Assembly (NCBI GenBank): GCA_965240325.2
Contig: OZ251243.1
Coordinates: forward strand, 1,240,001 to 1,304,000
Origin: Rebecca billardiae RCC1528
Lineage: Eukaryota; Protista; Haptophyta
Length of the DNA stretch: 64,000 nucleotides
Direction of reading: 5' to 3'
Below, piece by piece: positions 24,731-37,717 of the stretch. Below the pieces are notes generated by a model. It was not told the DNA's origin. It worked only from the letters and a program-made list of their open reading frames with translations, and did not search any database. The translations under genes and the position numbers were made by a program. Positions within the stretch are counted from its first letter, which is position 1. The number at the start of each line of letters is the position of its first letter.

Positions 24731-25903
24731 TCACTCGTGATGGCTCCGCAGCGCCACGCGCGCTCCCATGCCCTCGAGGTCGGCCAGCGTGCGCGCGGGC
24801 TCGACCGCCGAGCCCATCAGGTGGAGGCCCGGGCGGCGGATGGTGCCGTCGAGCAGCTGCGCGGCGCACGAGGCCACGGCGGCGGCGGTGAAGTCGTACG
24901 CGTCGGCGCTCGTCACGGTCAGCACGGCCCGAGTCCGGGCGCCAGGGTCCGGTGCGCTGGGGTCTGCCGCCCGCCCGTGGTGGCGCGGCGGCGCGGCCGT
25001 GCTCGCCGCCGCGGCGCGCGTGCCCTCCACCTCCGCGCGGAAGACGACGCCGTCGCCGCGTGTGCCAAAGGTGCGCACGCCCCAGTTGAACGCGCCGGTG
25101 AGCGCGCCCACGCTCCGACGCCCGAGCACCATCGCCGCCGGCATCAGTACAAAGTCAGTCAACCAGTTGAAGCCTGCGGCATAGGAGCCCGCGCTCTCAA
25201 GGCCCGGGCGTGCGGCATCGAGCGCCTCGAGCTCGAGCATGCGCACCGGGAAGCACTCCTGCTTGCCGAAGGTGGCGCCGAGGTCGGCCACCGCGCTGTC
25301 CCTGTACGTCGCCGCGCGCCACGCGCCGCCCTCCAGCACGCGGCCCGAGTAGCTGGCGCACTCCTCCAGCAGCTCGCGCGCGGCGGCGGCCGAGTCGAAC
25401 GAGGCGCCGCCAAACGCCATGAAGACGCGCGCGGTGCGCAGCGTGGCGAGGCCGCGCGCGGCGTGGCGCACGAGCGGGGACACCAGCCCCGGGTGGCACC
25501 CCGCCTGCGTCACGACCACGCGCCCCGCCGCCGCAATCTCAGACTGCATCTCGGCGAGACGTTGATAGACGTCCGCCCTGAAGAGCACGTCGATCGTGTC
25601 GGTGTGCGTGGCGAGGGCGGCTCGGACGATGGACGGGATGGCGTCTGGGGTGGTTGTGGTGATAACGAGCAGGTCGATGGACCGGAGTGCTTCCGTCAGC
25701 AACGTTGCATCCGTCGCGTCCACACGCGCGCCGCGCACGACCCGGCCGGGGAAGTCGGTGGCGAGCGCGGCCGCGTGCGCGTGGGCACGCTCGAGGTCAC
25801 GACCGGCGACGACGACCTCGCACGAGAGCTGCTCGAGGAGGCGCCGTGAGACCAGGCGGCCCGTGCCGCCGTATCCGCCGAGGACCATCACACGGACGAC
25901 CAT
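24731..25903 (-). CDS. Saccharopine dehydrogenase-like NAD(P)-dependent oxidoreductase, intronless
   Basis: N-terminal Rossmann VMVLGGYGGTG, VVVAGRD, QAGCHPGL, C-terminal RPGLHLMG. Confidence 0.8.
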   Translation of the reverse strand: MVVRVMVLGGYGGTGRLVSRRLLEQLSCEVVVAGRDLERAHAHAAALATDFPGRVVRGARVDATDATLLTEALRSIDLLVITTTTPDAIPSIVRAALATHTDTIDVLFRADVYQRLAEMQSEIAAAGRVVVTQAGCHPGLVSPLVRHAARGLATLRTARVFMAFGGASFDSAAAARELLEECASYSGRVLEGGAWRAATYRDSAVADLGATFGKQECFPVRMLELEALDAARPGLESAGSYAAGFNWLTDFVLMPAAMVLGRRSVGALTGAFNWGVRTFGTRGDGVVFRAEVEGTRAAAASTAAPPRHHGRAADPSAPDPGARTRAVLTVTSADAYDFTAAAVASCAAQLLDGTIRRPGLHLMGSAVEPARTLADLEGMGARVALRSHHE

Positions 25904-26116
25904 GCCGGCGCGAGCCTTGCGCGGGCTGGACGGACGTTCGTGGACGACGATGACGATGTGTTGTTCAACCCGATTTCGTCATTTTCAGACCATCAACAGG
26001 AGCGGGTCCGCAGGTCCGGTCGTGACTCGTCACGTCACAAGTGAATGACACAACCTGCGTCGCAATCACATCGGATGGATCCTGTTGGATGGATATCATC
26101 GTCGTCGTCGTCAGAC

Positions 26117-28447
26117 TCAGTACGCGCCGTCTGAGTCGCGCCCGCCGCCGCCCGCGCCGCCCGACGCCTCGGGCCGGCGCACCGCGCGCAGCTGCCCCCC
26201 CACGTACGGCTTGAGGTAGTTGTCATCGATCAGCCGCCACGCCTGGTGGAACGCCGAGGCGGGCGGGTCCTCGAGCGACGAGCGCAGCGCGGACGGAACC
26301 CGGCGCATCGGGTGCGACGCACCGCCGCCGCCGCCGCCCGCCCCGCCGCCGCCCCCTCCAGACGCGTCCAGCAGCGTCTGCGCCAGCGGCGGGCGCGCTC
26401 CCGGCGCCTCGTCCTCGGCCAAGTCCATGCTGAGGAGAGCCGTCAGCCGTCAGCCGTCAGACACGCCCGGGGCCGGCAGGGGCAACGGGGGCGCGGGGAG
26501 GGAGGGGCTCAGCAGCCGCACTCGCTCGGCCGCACCGCGCTCGGTGGCGCCCCGCTCGGCGGTGCGGTGCGGTGCGCGGTGCGGCGGCGCGGTGCGCGGT
26601 GCGGCGCGCGGTGCGGCGCGCGCACCAGCGGAGCAGCGGCTTGGTGAGCGGCCCGACCACCAGGTTGGTGAAGAGGATGATCACGAGGGTGGAGGTGACG
26701 ATTGCCGGCGCGTACGTCCAGCGCGTCTCGTCCAGCGTGATCGCCAGCGCGAAGGCGATCGCGCCGCGCAGCCCCGCAAACCACACCACCACCGCCATGC
26801 GCCACCCAATCACGTGCCGCCGGGAGCGCAGGCAGCAGTTGGCGAGCGCGAGCAGCGGGAAGACCGCCAGCGCGCGCGCGGCGAGGGTGAGGCCGAGCGA
26901 GGCGCCGATCAGCGCAAAGTCCCACTCGTGACGCTCCCGGAACGAGAAGGGCGCGAGCCCCAGCGTGAAGCAGATCGACGTGTCCGCCACCTGCGCCAGC
27001 GCCTTGAGCGTCACCTCCGCCGAGGTGCGCGCGTGCGGGGACAGGTTGTAGTGGCCGTAGTGCCGCATCACAATGGCAGCCACAAACAGGGCGAGGATGC
27101 CCGAGAGGCGGAGCGCCTCGGCCAGGACGTAGCTCCCCGTCGCGAAGATCAGCTGCAGCGCGACCTCCATCTCGGGCTCCACCGCCACGCCGCCGCCGTC
27201 CGCGCCGCCGCCGCCGCCGCCAAACCCGGCTGCTGCGCCCGGCAGCGCGCCGCCCGCCGCCGAGCGCACACTCGGGATCGGCACGTGCACGGGGGCGTGC
27301 ACGGGGCACGCCGGGCGGCCGGCGGCGCGGCCGGAGGCGGCGGCGGAGAGCGCGGCGTCCGACTCGCGCTCGGCCGCGGCGAGCGCCTGCACCGCGCGCA
27401 CTTGCGCCTTGTGCCGCCCCGCCAGCCCGCGCACGCGCAGCGACGTCGCGGAGCTCCCCACGCCCACCGCAGCGCCCAGCCCCACCGCGCCCACGATGTT
27501 GCGCACAAAGTCGCCCACAATCGACGGCGCGTCGAACGACTCGAGCGGCGAGTCGGCGTGCGCGATCGCCGCCGTGCGGAACACGTTGAAGATCACGATG
27601 CTCACCGCGTCGTTGAGCGCCGACTCGCCGAAGATCAGATTGGACAAGACCGTCGGCGCCTTCATTTCTTTGAGGATCGAAAGTGTCGCCACCGGGTCGG
27701 TGGAGGCGATCAGGCAACCGAACAGGAGGCAGGCGAGCAGCGCGTTGCCGCCGCCGAGCAGCGTGGGCGAGGCGATGACGCCGCGCGTGATCAGCGCGTA
27801 CAGCGAGAAGCCCATCGCCAGCGCCGCGATCAGCGTGCCGGGCACCGCCTGCGCCGCACCGCACCGCACCCCGCGGCAGTCGCGCGGCAGCAGCAAGCGC
27901 GCGCGGCGGCGGCGCGTGAGGCCGGGCTCGCGCTCGGCGCGCGGCGCGCGCGCCAAGCCGAGCGCGGCACGCGGCGGCGCGCGGCGGCCTGTGGCCAACC
28001 TCGCTCGCTTCCTCCTCTGCCCCCGCGCGCGCCCGCTCCCGTCCCTCCGCGCGCCGCGCGTGCCGGCTGCCGCACCAGCAGCAGGATGGTGAAGAAGTTC
28101 TGGAAGAAGTGCCGCTTCCGCATCGTGTAGCCGGCGACGAAGATGAGCGGCGGCAGCATGGCGTAGTAGATGAGGTCGTGCAGCGCCTGCGCGCGCAGGA
28201 TCTTGAGCGGCGCGACCGGGAGCACGAGCCACGCCACCCACCCCGTGAGCAGCCCGATGAGCATCGCCACGCCCGACTCTGTCACAAACGTGACGTCGTG
28301 CCGCTTGAGCGTGTGCGCGAGCAGCATGGAGACGAGCAGCATGGTGGCGCCAAGGAGGAGGACTACGGGCGTCACCTCCTCCTCCGACCCGTCGCCCTCC
28401 GGCGCGGGCGACGGCGGCGCGAGCGGCGGCGGCGGCGACTCGAACAT
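26117..28447 (-). CDS. Na+/H+ exchanger (CPA1, NHX/NHE type); 3 exons
   Basis: MLPPLIFVAGYTMRKRHFFQNF, IASTDPVATL, IFGESALNDAVSIV, LSGIL, WFAGLRGAIAFAL. Confidence 0.92.
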
Positions 28448-29225
28448 GCTCGCGGCGCCGTGGGCCACCGGTCCGCGCGGGGCGTCGGCGGAAGATGCGG
28501 TCACTGTGGTCACCTTGAGCGCTCACCGACGAGGCGGGCAAAAACAAATCGCGCGCACAAAAATATGCGCGGGCAGAATGGCGGCCCGCGCGTCCCGTTG
28601 ACCCGTTCTGAACACGACACCGATTCCAGGTGCCACGCCCACGGCAGCCGCACCGACGACCGACGACGGGCACGGATTGACACAGCAGTGTACTTGTATC
28701 AGAAACGTCAGTGGTGTTCAGAATCGTGCATCGGACAGAGCGGGCGGCACGGGTCAGACGGCGGCTGCGCACAGCCCAACCGGCGCACGCGCCCCGGGGC
28801 CGACTGTCATCAATGCTGTCTCGCTGAAAGTGAAACGCGGAGGGAGGCACCAAACGCCGAAACGGTTGGCAGCACGGACGAGCAAACTGCAGAGTGACGA
28901 CGCGCGTGTCCCGCGGCTTGCGGTGGTAAGCCTTGGGTCGTTGCATGACTGTCACGCGGCGCCGCAGCTGCCATCCTGCGCCGTCGGCCCTTTGCTCCGT
29001 CCGCAGCAGCTCGAGGCTCGAGTGTGCATGTCAGCGCGCGGCACGCCCGCCACGGCGAGCGTCGCGCGCGTCACAGTCGCCGCTCCGCCGCCGCCGTCCG
29101 CACGGCCGGCGGCGGCCATTGGCGCGCGGCCGCGCGGCCCACCAGGGCGCGCGCGGGGGAGCACGGCGTGGCCCGCGCGGGCGGCGGCGGCGGCTGCGCG
29201 GCGCAGGCCGCGCATCTCTGCCCGC

Positions 29226-31740
29226 CTATGGCGCGTACGCCTGTGCGAACTCGGTGAGGAAGTCGTTGCCCTTGCGGTGGCAGAAGTCGCCAAACGCCTG
29301 CGCGGCGCGGCGCGGCGCGGCGCGGGCGCGGCGGCAGCGCAGCGGGCGGGCAGGCGAGCGCGGGCGCGCGCGCGGGCGTGAGCGGGCGTGCGCGGCGGTG
29401 AGCGGCGCGCGCGCGCCCGGCGCCGCCGCCGCGCCGCCGCGCACCTCGTCGTCCGACTCGCGCCCGTCCCGCCACGCGGCGAGCAGCGGCTCCATCGTGA
29501 TCTCGAGGTCCGAGATCTTCATCTTGTCCATGAGGGGCGTCCCCACGCGGGTGAGGACAGGCGAGCCGCCCACCCACACCTGGTACTGGTTCGGGCCCTG
29601 GCCGACGAAGGCGAGCTCGGCCATGTACGGCCGCGCGCAGCCGTTGGGGCAGCCGGTCACGCGCGTGAGCCACGACGCGTCGTCGCTCAGCCCGACCTTG
29701 CGCGCGGTCGCGCGCAGCCGCTCGTTGATCTCGGGCATCACGCGCTCCGCCTCGGTCTGCGCCAGCCCGCACAGCGGCAGTGCGGGGCACGCCATCGAGT
29801 TGCGCGTCAGCAGGTCGATCTGCGCGGCGCGGCGCGGAGGGAGCGGGCGGCGGGAGGAGCGCGCGGAGGGCGCGTGAGCCAAGCGCGCGCGCCGCCGCGG
29901 AGCGCGCGCCGGCGCCTTGCGCCTTGGCGCGCCTTGCGCCTCCTCAGCGCATGAGCTGACCTCAGGGCCGCGCGCGCCCCAGGGGGCGCGCGCGGCTCGG
30001 CCTCTAACGCAGTATGATTGCAGCGTGCATCAGCGGAGGGCAACGCCGCCCACCCCAGCCCCGCCGCGCGGCCCCGCGCGGCCTCCTCGCGCGCCGCGCC
30101 GCGCCGCGCCGCGCCGCGCCGCGCACCTCCTCGATGGGCTTGACGCCGTGCTCGACGAGAAGGTTCTCAATCTGTGGCTTGGCGTCCGCGGGCACGTCCT
30201 GGAACATGACGTTCTGTCCGGGCGTGAGCAGCATGGTGAGGCCGTACCCGTCGACGATCTTGCGCAGCGCCGTCTTGAGCCGCAGCTCGCCGCGGTCGAT
30301 GATCCGCCCCTGCTCCACGTTGATCCCGACGAACCACTTGCCGTCGCCCTGCTCGTGCCAGCCGAGCCAGTCGATGCCCGGCACCCACGGCGGCAGCGGC
30401 ACCGCCGGCTGCACCGGCTGCCCGAAGTACTTGGAGACGAGCTCGCGGAAGCCGTCGATGCCGAGGGTGTGCACGAGGTACTTCATCCGCGCGTTCGCGC
30501 GCACCTCGCGGTTCCCGTGGTCGCGCTGCACGGCGAGGATCGCCTTGGACAGCTCGAAGATCTCGTCGGCGGGCACAAAGCCGAGGCTGTCGGCCGCGCG
30601 CGCGAACGTGCTCTCCTTGTTGTGCGTGCGGCCCATGCCGCCGCCGACGTAGACGTTGAAGCCCTTGAGCGTGGTGCCGTCGGGCTCCATGATCACCACG
30701 AACCCCAGGTCGTTCGTCAGCAGGTCGATCGAGTTGTCCCCCGGCACCGTCACGCCGATCTTGAACTTGCGCGGCAGGTAGGTCGTGCCGTACAGCGGCT
30801 CGTTCTCGTGGCCCGTGATGATGCCGGTGCCGCGGTCCTCGGCGCGGATGGCGTCGATGTCGGCGGGGGTCTTGACGCGCTGCGAGAGGTCGTACAGGTC
30901 GCGCGACCAGTACTCCACCGTCGCCGCCTTCTCGCCGTCGAGCCACAGCTCGGAGAACGCGCCGGTCATCGGCTTGAAGAGCTCGGCGAGCGCGCTCGCG
31001 TACTTGTGCGCGTACACGTACGCCTTGTTGGTGGGCAGGTTGGCGGCGGGGACCATCACGTTGCGGTTGATGTCGCCGCAGCCGCCGAGCGTCGAGCCGC
31101 CCACGTTCGCGATCGCCGCGATCACGCCCTTCAGGTCCGCCTTGAGCACGCCGTGCAGCTGGAACGCCTGGCGCGTGGTCGCGCGCAGGTCGCCCTGCCC
31201 CTTGTGGGTCGCGAGGTCGTCGAGCTCCTTGTACAGCGCGGGCGGCACCTCGCCCGAGGGCATCTTGAGGCGGAGCATGAACTGGTACGACTTGGCCCGG
31301 TCCGCGCCCTTCGCCTCGCGGTCCTGCTGCTGGTACGAGCCGTGGTGCTTGAGCACGACCACCGCGTCCTTCGAGACCGAGATCTCGCCGAGATCGGCCA
31401 TCTCGTCCTTGAGCGGCTGCAGCAGCTGCGCGCCGACGGGGCCGGACTTGAGCTTGACCGGTTCCACCGAGTTCAGCTTCTCCAGGTTCGTGTACGGCTT
31501 CTCCGCCGGCTGGCCCGGCCGCTGCGGGCCGTACTTCTGCCCGCCGACCATCCACTCAGACGCGCTGTCCGTCGCGACCGCGAGCGGCGAGGCTCGGCTG
31601 CGCCGCGCGACGGCGCGCGGCGCGGCGGCGCGCGCGAGCATCGCCGAGCGCGGCGCGGCGGCCGCGCCCGCCGAGAACCGCGCCGCCGCCGCGCCGAGCA
31701 GCGCGACGACGACGCGGAGTCGTAGTTGCCAGCGGAGCAT
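29226..31740 (-). CDS. SIR: Ferredoxin-dependent sulfite reductase, probably plastid-targeted; 3 exons
   Basis: [78 protein letters not shown]; N-terminal signal peptide followed by a transit-peptide-like stretch. Confidence 0.93.
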
Positions 31741-33145
31741 GACGCCGTCCTTGCGGTTGCGCCGACGATCGCACAGCCGCCGCGCGGCCCACGTGGGAAA
31801 GGGCGTGCAGGGACAACGCGCGCCGGCTGCCGGCGCTGGGACGGCGCCGCGCTCGGCGCTGATTGGCTGGCTCCCAGCGGCCGCGTCGCTTTGCGCGAAG
31901 CGCCTGTTCGGCCCTTCTCCGCGTCGCCCCTCGTTTACCCGCGTCGCGCAAAACGTACTGCGCAGTGCGCACGCGATGACGATCGATGACAAGGACAAAA
32001 ATGACAGTCTGAACTCATTCAGTCCTTTACCCCCATACTGAAGTACTCAGTACTGCATCGCACGATGCACGCGACCGCACGGCGAGCACAGATCGCGCGC
32101 GTGATGGCCGCCGTCCAGCCTGACATGCGACGGTTGCCTGGCAATACACAGCCACCGTGCTGGCAACGGCATTAGCGACGCCCAGCGCACTTAGGCCGGC
32201 GTCGCAGGCACACCGTATTACGACCGCTTCGGCGCGCCGGCGCGGTAGTCCGTACGGTGAGGGCGTGGGCGCGCCCGGGCACATCGAGCCGGCCGAGGAT
32301 GCCATTACTTCTTCTTGGTGAGACGCGATGCGAGCCACTGTGGTGCTACGTGTCTCGATGATGGACGTACCCAACGTCGTCTGCTGGGCTCCAACGGCAA
32401 CGGCCACCGCAGTCTGACGCATAGCTGAATGCTGATGACTGGCGGCGGCAAGCCGCCGCGAGCAGTATTACCGCGATCGGCATTCGGCTGATCTGGACCG
32501 TCGTCGCCTGATGATCAGGCGGCCTCGGCTAAGGCGGTTAATAATTATTAGCAGCATATCGGCGCGGCCAGCAGGATTCGTTCGCATCAGGCGTACGAAT
32601 CACGGCGACCAGGCCCCCGTGCCACTCCGTGCCGCACTCTGTCTCTCACGACTGCGCGACGCCGGCCACCCGGTGACGGGTGAGGCCGGTCCGACGGGAT
32701 TCCGGTGACGATTTACAGTGAAGGCCTCAGAGTCAGGCTCAGGCTCAGCGGTCAATAAATAAGGCGCCGGAACCGGCGCGCCCGCGCGGTGCGGCCAGGC
32801 CAGCAATCAGCATATCGCGGATATCGCCCGGACAGTCCGATGCGGCTGCGACTGCCCCGCCCGCCATCAGATCGACGCCATATACCGCCGGGCTCCGCTC
32901 CGACCCGTCCCGGCGTCCCGCCGCCCCACGCCGGATCTCCAGCTGTCCAGCCCGGCGGCCCCGGGCCGCGAGCCGCTCAGCGGCAGAGCCGAGCGCGCGG
33001 ACCGTGCCCGGGCTTCGGGCGGCTGACGAGAGCGTCCTCCGCCGGGGTATGTGCTGTCGTCCGTGTGCTGCCGCCGGCACCGCCGCGTGGCGCCTGCGGC
33101 CTGAGGGCCCACCTGTCGCACTCGCAGCGTCGCCCCTTGCGCCTG

Positions 33146-34795
33146 TCAGCGCCACCGGCGCTCGTCGGCAACCGAGCGCGGCGCCGGGCCCCGTCCGCTG
33201 CCATCCTGCCCGGCGGCGCGCCCCTCGCTCTCGGCAGCGCGCACGTGCGCACGCACCGCCGCGGAGAGCGCCTCGTACTCCGCCAGCAGCGCCGCGACCT
33301 CGCCCATCCGCAGCTCCTCCGCGCGCCGCACGTGCGCAAAGCGAAGCCGGCTGGGCGGCGCGGGCGCGGGCGCTGTGCGGCCGGCAGAAGCGTCGGCCGC
33401 GGCGCCCCGCGCCACGGCGGCTCGTGCGGGCACGCTGCCCGGCGCCGTGCGCCCGTCCTCCTCCTGCCGCTCCGGGGCTCGCGCGCCGGGCCCGGACTGC
33501 TGGGCGCTCCGCTGCTCGGGGGCGGCACAGGCAGCGCCCTCTGGAGCGCCCTCCGACGCCGCCATCGCCCCGGCGCCCGCGCGCTCCGCACCCGCCGCGG
33601 CGGCGCCGGGCTGTTTGAGCTGGGGGGCGGCACTCGCGTCTGCGTCCGCGCCGGCGTCAGTGTCGGGCGCAGCGGCCTCGCGCGCCAGCTCGCGCGCCAG
33701 GGCCGCGTCGAACGCCGCCGCCGGGTCCTCCGCCAGCGCCTCGCACAGCCCGTGCCCTGCGCCGCGCGCGCCGTCGCGCCCGCCCGCGTGCGCTTGGGCG
33801 TGCGCGGGCGGTGGGCGGTGCGCGTCCGGCGGCGGCGCGTGTGCGAGCTGCTGGCCGCGGCAGCCGTCGATGAAGGCGAGGGCGGAGAGGCACGCGGTGA
33901 GGAAGTAGTGCGCCTCGCCGTGCAGCCGCAGCGGGTGCCGGCACACGCTCACGTACTGCAGCGCCGCGTGCAGCGCGGGCATGCGCGCGTGCGCCAGCGC
34001 CAGCACGATCGCAGGGAACAGTTCGTCCGCGCCGTGCGCGGCCGCGCACTCCTCCGCCCCGCCCGCGCGCCGGTGCGCGTGCGCCGCGTCGGCGAGCGCG
34101 CGGTTGAGCGTGCGCCCAAAGTTGAGCACGCAGACGAGCTTGTCGCGCGGCGTGCGGTACCGCCCCATCTGCGCGAGCGCCGCCTGCGCCGCCGGCCACG
34201 GCGCGCCCTGCGCGTACGGCGCGCCCAGCCCGAGGTGCGATGGCAGCAGCAGCCGCGACAGCGCGCGCCGGCGCGCGTCGAGGGCGCGCTCGCGCTCGCG
34301 CGCCGCGCCGGCGGGCGGGAGGAGGCGGTCGTGCAGCCGCCCCATCACGTACTTCTCCACGCCGTCGCGCGCCGCGTCCAGCTCCGTCGCGCCCGCGGCC
34401 GACCAGAGCGGGTGCGCGCCCAGCAGCCCGTCCACCTCGTCGTACAGCGCGCGCACGCTGGCGGCGAGGGCGTCGGCGTCGAGGTCGGGCCGCGCGTGCA
34501 CAAGCGAGACAAACCGCTTGAGCAGCCTCACCACATCCGACGCCTCGGGCCGCTGCAGCCGCTCCACGAACGCGCGGCCGGCGTCGGCGAGTGCGCGCGT
34601 GTCGTCCTCGTCGTCCGCGTCGGCGATGCTGATCCACGCGCTGGGCTGCGGCGCGGAGGGCGGCGCGGCGCGCGTGGTCGTGCGGGCGGCGGGCTTCTCC
34701 GGCGCGCCCGCCGTGACCGCGGCGGCCGAGGCCGCCACGCCGGTCGACGGCGCGAGCGGCACCACCTTCAGCGCCGCGGGTGCCGTGGAGGCCAT
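33146..34795 (-). CDS. VPS9 domain Rab5 GEF (Rabex-5/VPS9a-like)
   Basis: DGVEKYVMGRLH, TPRDKLVCVLN, GADELFP, GEAHYFLT, and a C-terminal LRMGEVAALLAEY helix. Confidence 0.85.
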   Translation of the reverse strand: MASTAPAALKVVPLAPSTGVAASAAAVTAGAPEKPAARTTTRAAPPSAPQPSAWISIADADDEDDTRALADAGRAFVERLQRPEASDVVRLLKRFVSLVHARPDLDADALAASVRALYDEVDGLLGAHPLWSAAGATELDAARDGVEKYVMGRLHDRLLPPAGAARERERALDARRRALSRLLLPSHLGLGAPYAQGAPWPAAQAALAQMGRYRTPRDKLVCVLNFGRTLNRALADAAHAHRRAGGAEECAAAHGADELFPAIVLALAHARMPALHAALQYVSVCRHPLRLHGEAHYFLTACLSALAFIDGCRGQQLAHAPPPDAHRPPPAHAQAHAGGRDGARGAGHGLCEALAEDPAAAFDAALARELAREAAAPDTDAGADADASAAPQLKQPGAAAAGAERAGAGAMAASEGAPEGAACAAPEQRSAQQSGPGARAPERQEEDGRTAPGSVPARAAVARGAAADASAGRTAPAPAPPSRLRFAHVRRAEELRMGEVAALLAEYEALSAAVRAHVRAAESEGRAAGQDGSGRGPAPRSVADERRWR

Positions 34796-35142
34796 CAGCC
34801 AGCTCACACTTGGCCTGAAATCTGGTGCTGCGTTTCGTCCGCGTTCGAAATCGTCCAAATGTGGGCACACGCCGAAGAAGATTCCTTCATCAATCATCAT
34901 CATCAGGCATCAGCACGTACTATTTCATCATCGTCAGGTTTTTGTTAGGCATTGCAGTTTTGCTCACCAAGCGCAAGCCGCCCGCGATGGCGGCCCACGG
35001 CCGGCCTGCCTCGCGCCCCCCCCCCCCGCCTGCGGGTCATGCAGTCATCGTGCAGGCGCGGGGGGCGGCGACGGCGGAGCACCGGGAGCGGCGCCGACAC
35101 GCCGACGCCCTGCCCCGCGCCCACGCGCGCGGCCCGCGCGCC

Positions 35143-37717
35143 CTAGCGCCACATGCCCGTCTTCGACTCCTGCCGGCGAGACGACGACGCAGCGCGCGCG
35201 TGACGCCAAGGAGACGGCGACGGGTGACGCACGCGGCGGCGCGCCCGAGCGCGTCAGAGTGGGCGGGGGCCATGCCCGCGGCAGACGGCGCGGGCCGCAC
35301 GCGACGGCGCGCCCGCGCGTGCGCCGCGCGCACCTCCTCCACCTTGAGCTCGAGCGCCTGGAGCTCGGCGAGCAGCGCGTCCTCAGATGCAATCTTGTCG
35401 AGCTGGTTCTTCTCGAGAACCTTCCCCGCCTCCTGCGCCTCCCGGAGCTCGGCGATCTGGCGGATCTTCTTCTGCAGCGCGCGCGCCTTCTTCACCGAGT
35501 CGGAGGGGCCGTCGGCGGCGGCGCCGCCCGCCGTCCCGCCGGCCGCGCCGCCGCCCGCCGGCGCAGCGTCGCCCGCCGCGCCGCCGCCCGCGCCGCCGCC
35601 CGCCGCGCCGCCGGCGGGCTTCTTGCCCTTGCGCCCGCGCTTGGCGTCTTCGGGGTCGGCGCCGACGGGGAGGCCGGAGCGCGCGGCGGCGGGTCCTGTG
35701 CCCGCGCGGTCGGTGGCTGGGTCGTACGCGTGGATGTCGTAGCCGGCGGTGCTGCCCGCCTGCCCGCGCCGTGACGGCGGCACGTACTTTTGCGGCTTGG
35801 CCGCCGCACCGCCGCCCGCGCCGCCCGCGCCGCCCGCCGCGGCCGCCGCGGTCGGGCCGGGCTTGACGGGCGGCGGCTTGGGGTGCGCGCCGTGCGGCGC
35901 GGGCGCGAGGGTGGCCTCCTCGAGCTCGGTGAAGAGCGCGTGCTTCGCCACCGTGCCGTCGGGCCGCCACAGCCTGTACCCGTTCTCGACGCGCAGCCGC
36001 GGGAAGAGCGTCGAGGTGAGGAGGAAGTTGGAGTCGGCGGTCCACTCGCACCCGACGGTCATGTGCGCGTCCACGCAGGCCAGCCGCGCCTTGCGCTCCA
36101 CGTCCCACAGCTCGAGGCCGCCGCCCACGTTGCCGAAGCCGCCGAGCGCGACGAGGTGGCCGTGCGGGCACCAGCGCACCGTGTTGCGCGCCGCCTCGCC
36201 GCCAAAGCTGAAGAGCGGCGTGAACTGCGTGTCGTACAGCACGATGGCTGCGGGCATGAAGCCGTGGACCACGATGAAGGTGTCGGCGGTCGGGCACCAG
36301 GCCACGTCGTGGATCGGGCCTGGCGGGGGGGCGCGCGCGCGGAGAGGGGCGGGGCGGAGGCGAGGCGGGGCGGAGGGGAGGTCGGGGGCCGAGCGGGCGC
36401 GCTCGGCCGCGCACAAGCGGCGCGCGCGCGCGCGCGCGGCCGCCTTCGGCAGTGGCCACCCCGCGCGGCAGGCAGCGGACACCGACCGCGCGGGGCGTGC
36501 GTGGCCGCGTGCGCGCGCGCGGTGTGCGCAGCTGCTGTGCAGGAGCTACTATCAGAAAACCCCTCATGGCGAGCAGCGGGGCTGTCAGCGAATCTCCCGC
36601 CCGCGAGGCGCGCGCGCGCGCCCCGCGGTGCATGTCGGCACGCGCGCCCCCCGGAGCGCGGCCACGCGGCCAGCGAGGGCCGACGGCCGCGCCCCGGCGT
36701 CCGTGGGCGCGCCCTGTGCCGTGTGTGCCCGTGTGCGCGCTGTGCGCTGTGGTGCCCGCTGCCGTGCGCGCGGCGCGCTTGCTTCGCGGCCGCGCGCGCG
36801 CGCGCACCCTCCTTGACGCGCGGCACGTTGCCCTCGCCCTTGCCCCCCTTGCCCGCGCTGCTCGCGGGCAGCCAGAACAGGTTGCTCTCGCCGTAGTACG
36901 AGCGGCCGCTCTTGTCCTCGTCCGTGTGCGTCTGCACCAGCAGCCCGCAGCCGGAGGGCGCCCACTTGAGCTCGACGTGCTGCGCCTTGTAGAACGACTT
37001 GGTGGCGACGTACGCGCCGGGCTCGAGCTGCGGGTGCTCGTACACGCGCACCAGCGCCGGCCCGCCCTTCTGCTCCGGCACGAACGTCGCCAGCCGGTAC
37101 GGGCCGCCGCTCCCCGCCGACGGCGCGGGCGCGAGCGCAAACTTGGAGACGCCCGCCAGCTTGAGCCGCGCGCTCACCGGGCCGGCGCCCGGGCCGATCG
37201 TGCCGTCGTAGAAGTGGATCTCGTTGGTGACGAGCTGCGCGGAGAGCGCCTCGTCCGACGTCCACGGCGTCGACGGCCACTTGTCCCGCGCGAAGTTCTT
37301 CTGCTTGAAGCGCGAGACGACGGCGGCGCCGCGGCCGCCGTCCGCGTCCGCCGCGCCCGGCGCCGCGCCGCCCGCGGGCGGCGCGAGGCGCCAGACGAGG
37401 AGGTTGCCGTCCGAGCCGTCGACGAGCTTCTCCCACGTCACGAGGAACGTCGAGCGCGGCGAGAACGCCACCGCCGTCACCGCCGGCCGCTCGATCGCCG
37501 CGAGCACGCGCCAGTCGCCGCCGTTCGCATGCACGCGCACGCCGCCCTGCCGCGCGTCGAGCACGGCCATGAAGCGGCCGTCGGCGGAGAAGACGGCGGA
37601 GGAGGCGGCGCCGATCGGCGCGTCGGGCAGCGCCTCGAGCTCCGGCGCGCCCGAGAGCAGCTGCGCGCCATCCTTGCTGCGCACGAAGAGCGCGATCGGC
37701 GGCGGCGACGACGCCAT
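35143..37717 (-). CDS. EIF2A: Eukaryotic translation initiation factor 2A; 3 exons
   Basis: FSPRSTFLVTWE, KSFYKA, DKSGRSYYGESNL, GPIHDVAW, GFGN, PRLRVENGY, KKIRQIAEL...LEKNQLDKI. Confidence 0.92.

Noticed and set aside
32000-32470. Lower-GC segment with weak inverted ends and a CAGTATTAC nonamer
   Set aside because: Inverted match is too poor, and the nonamer has no flanking stem and is far from the Rep-like gene.
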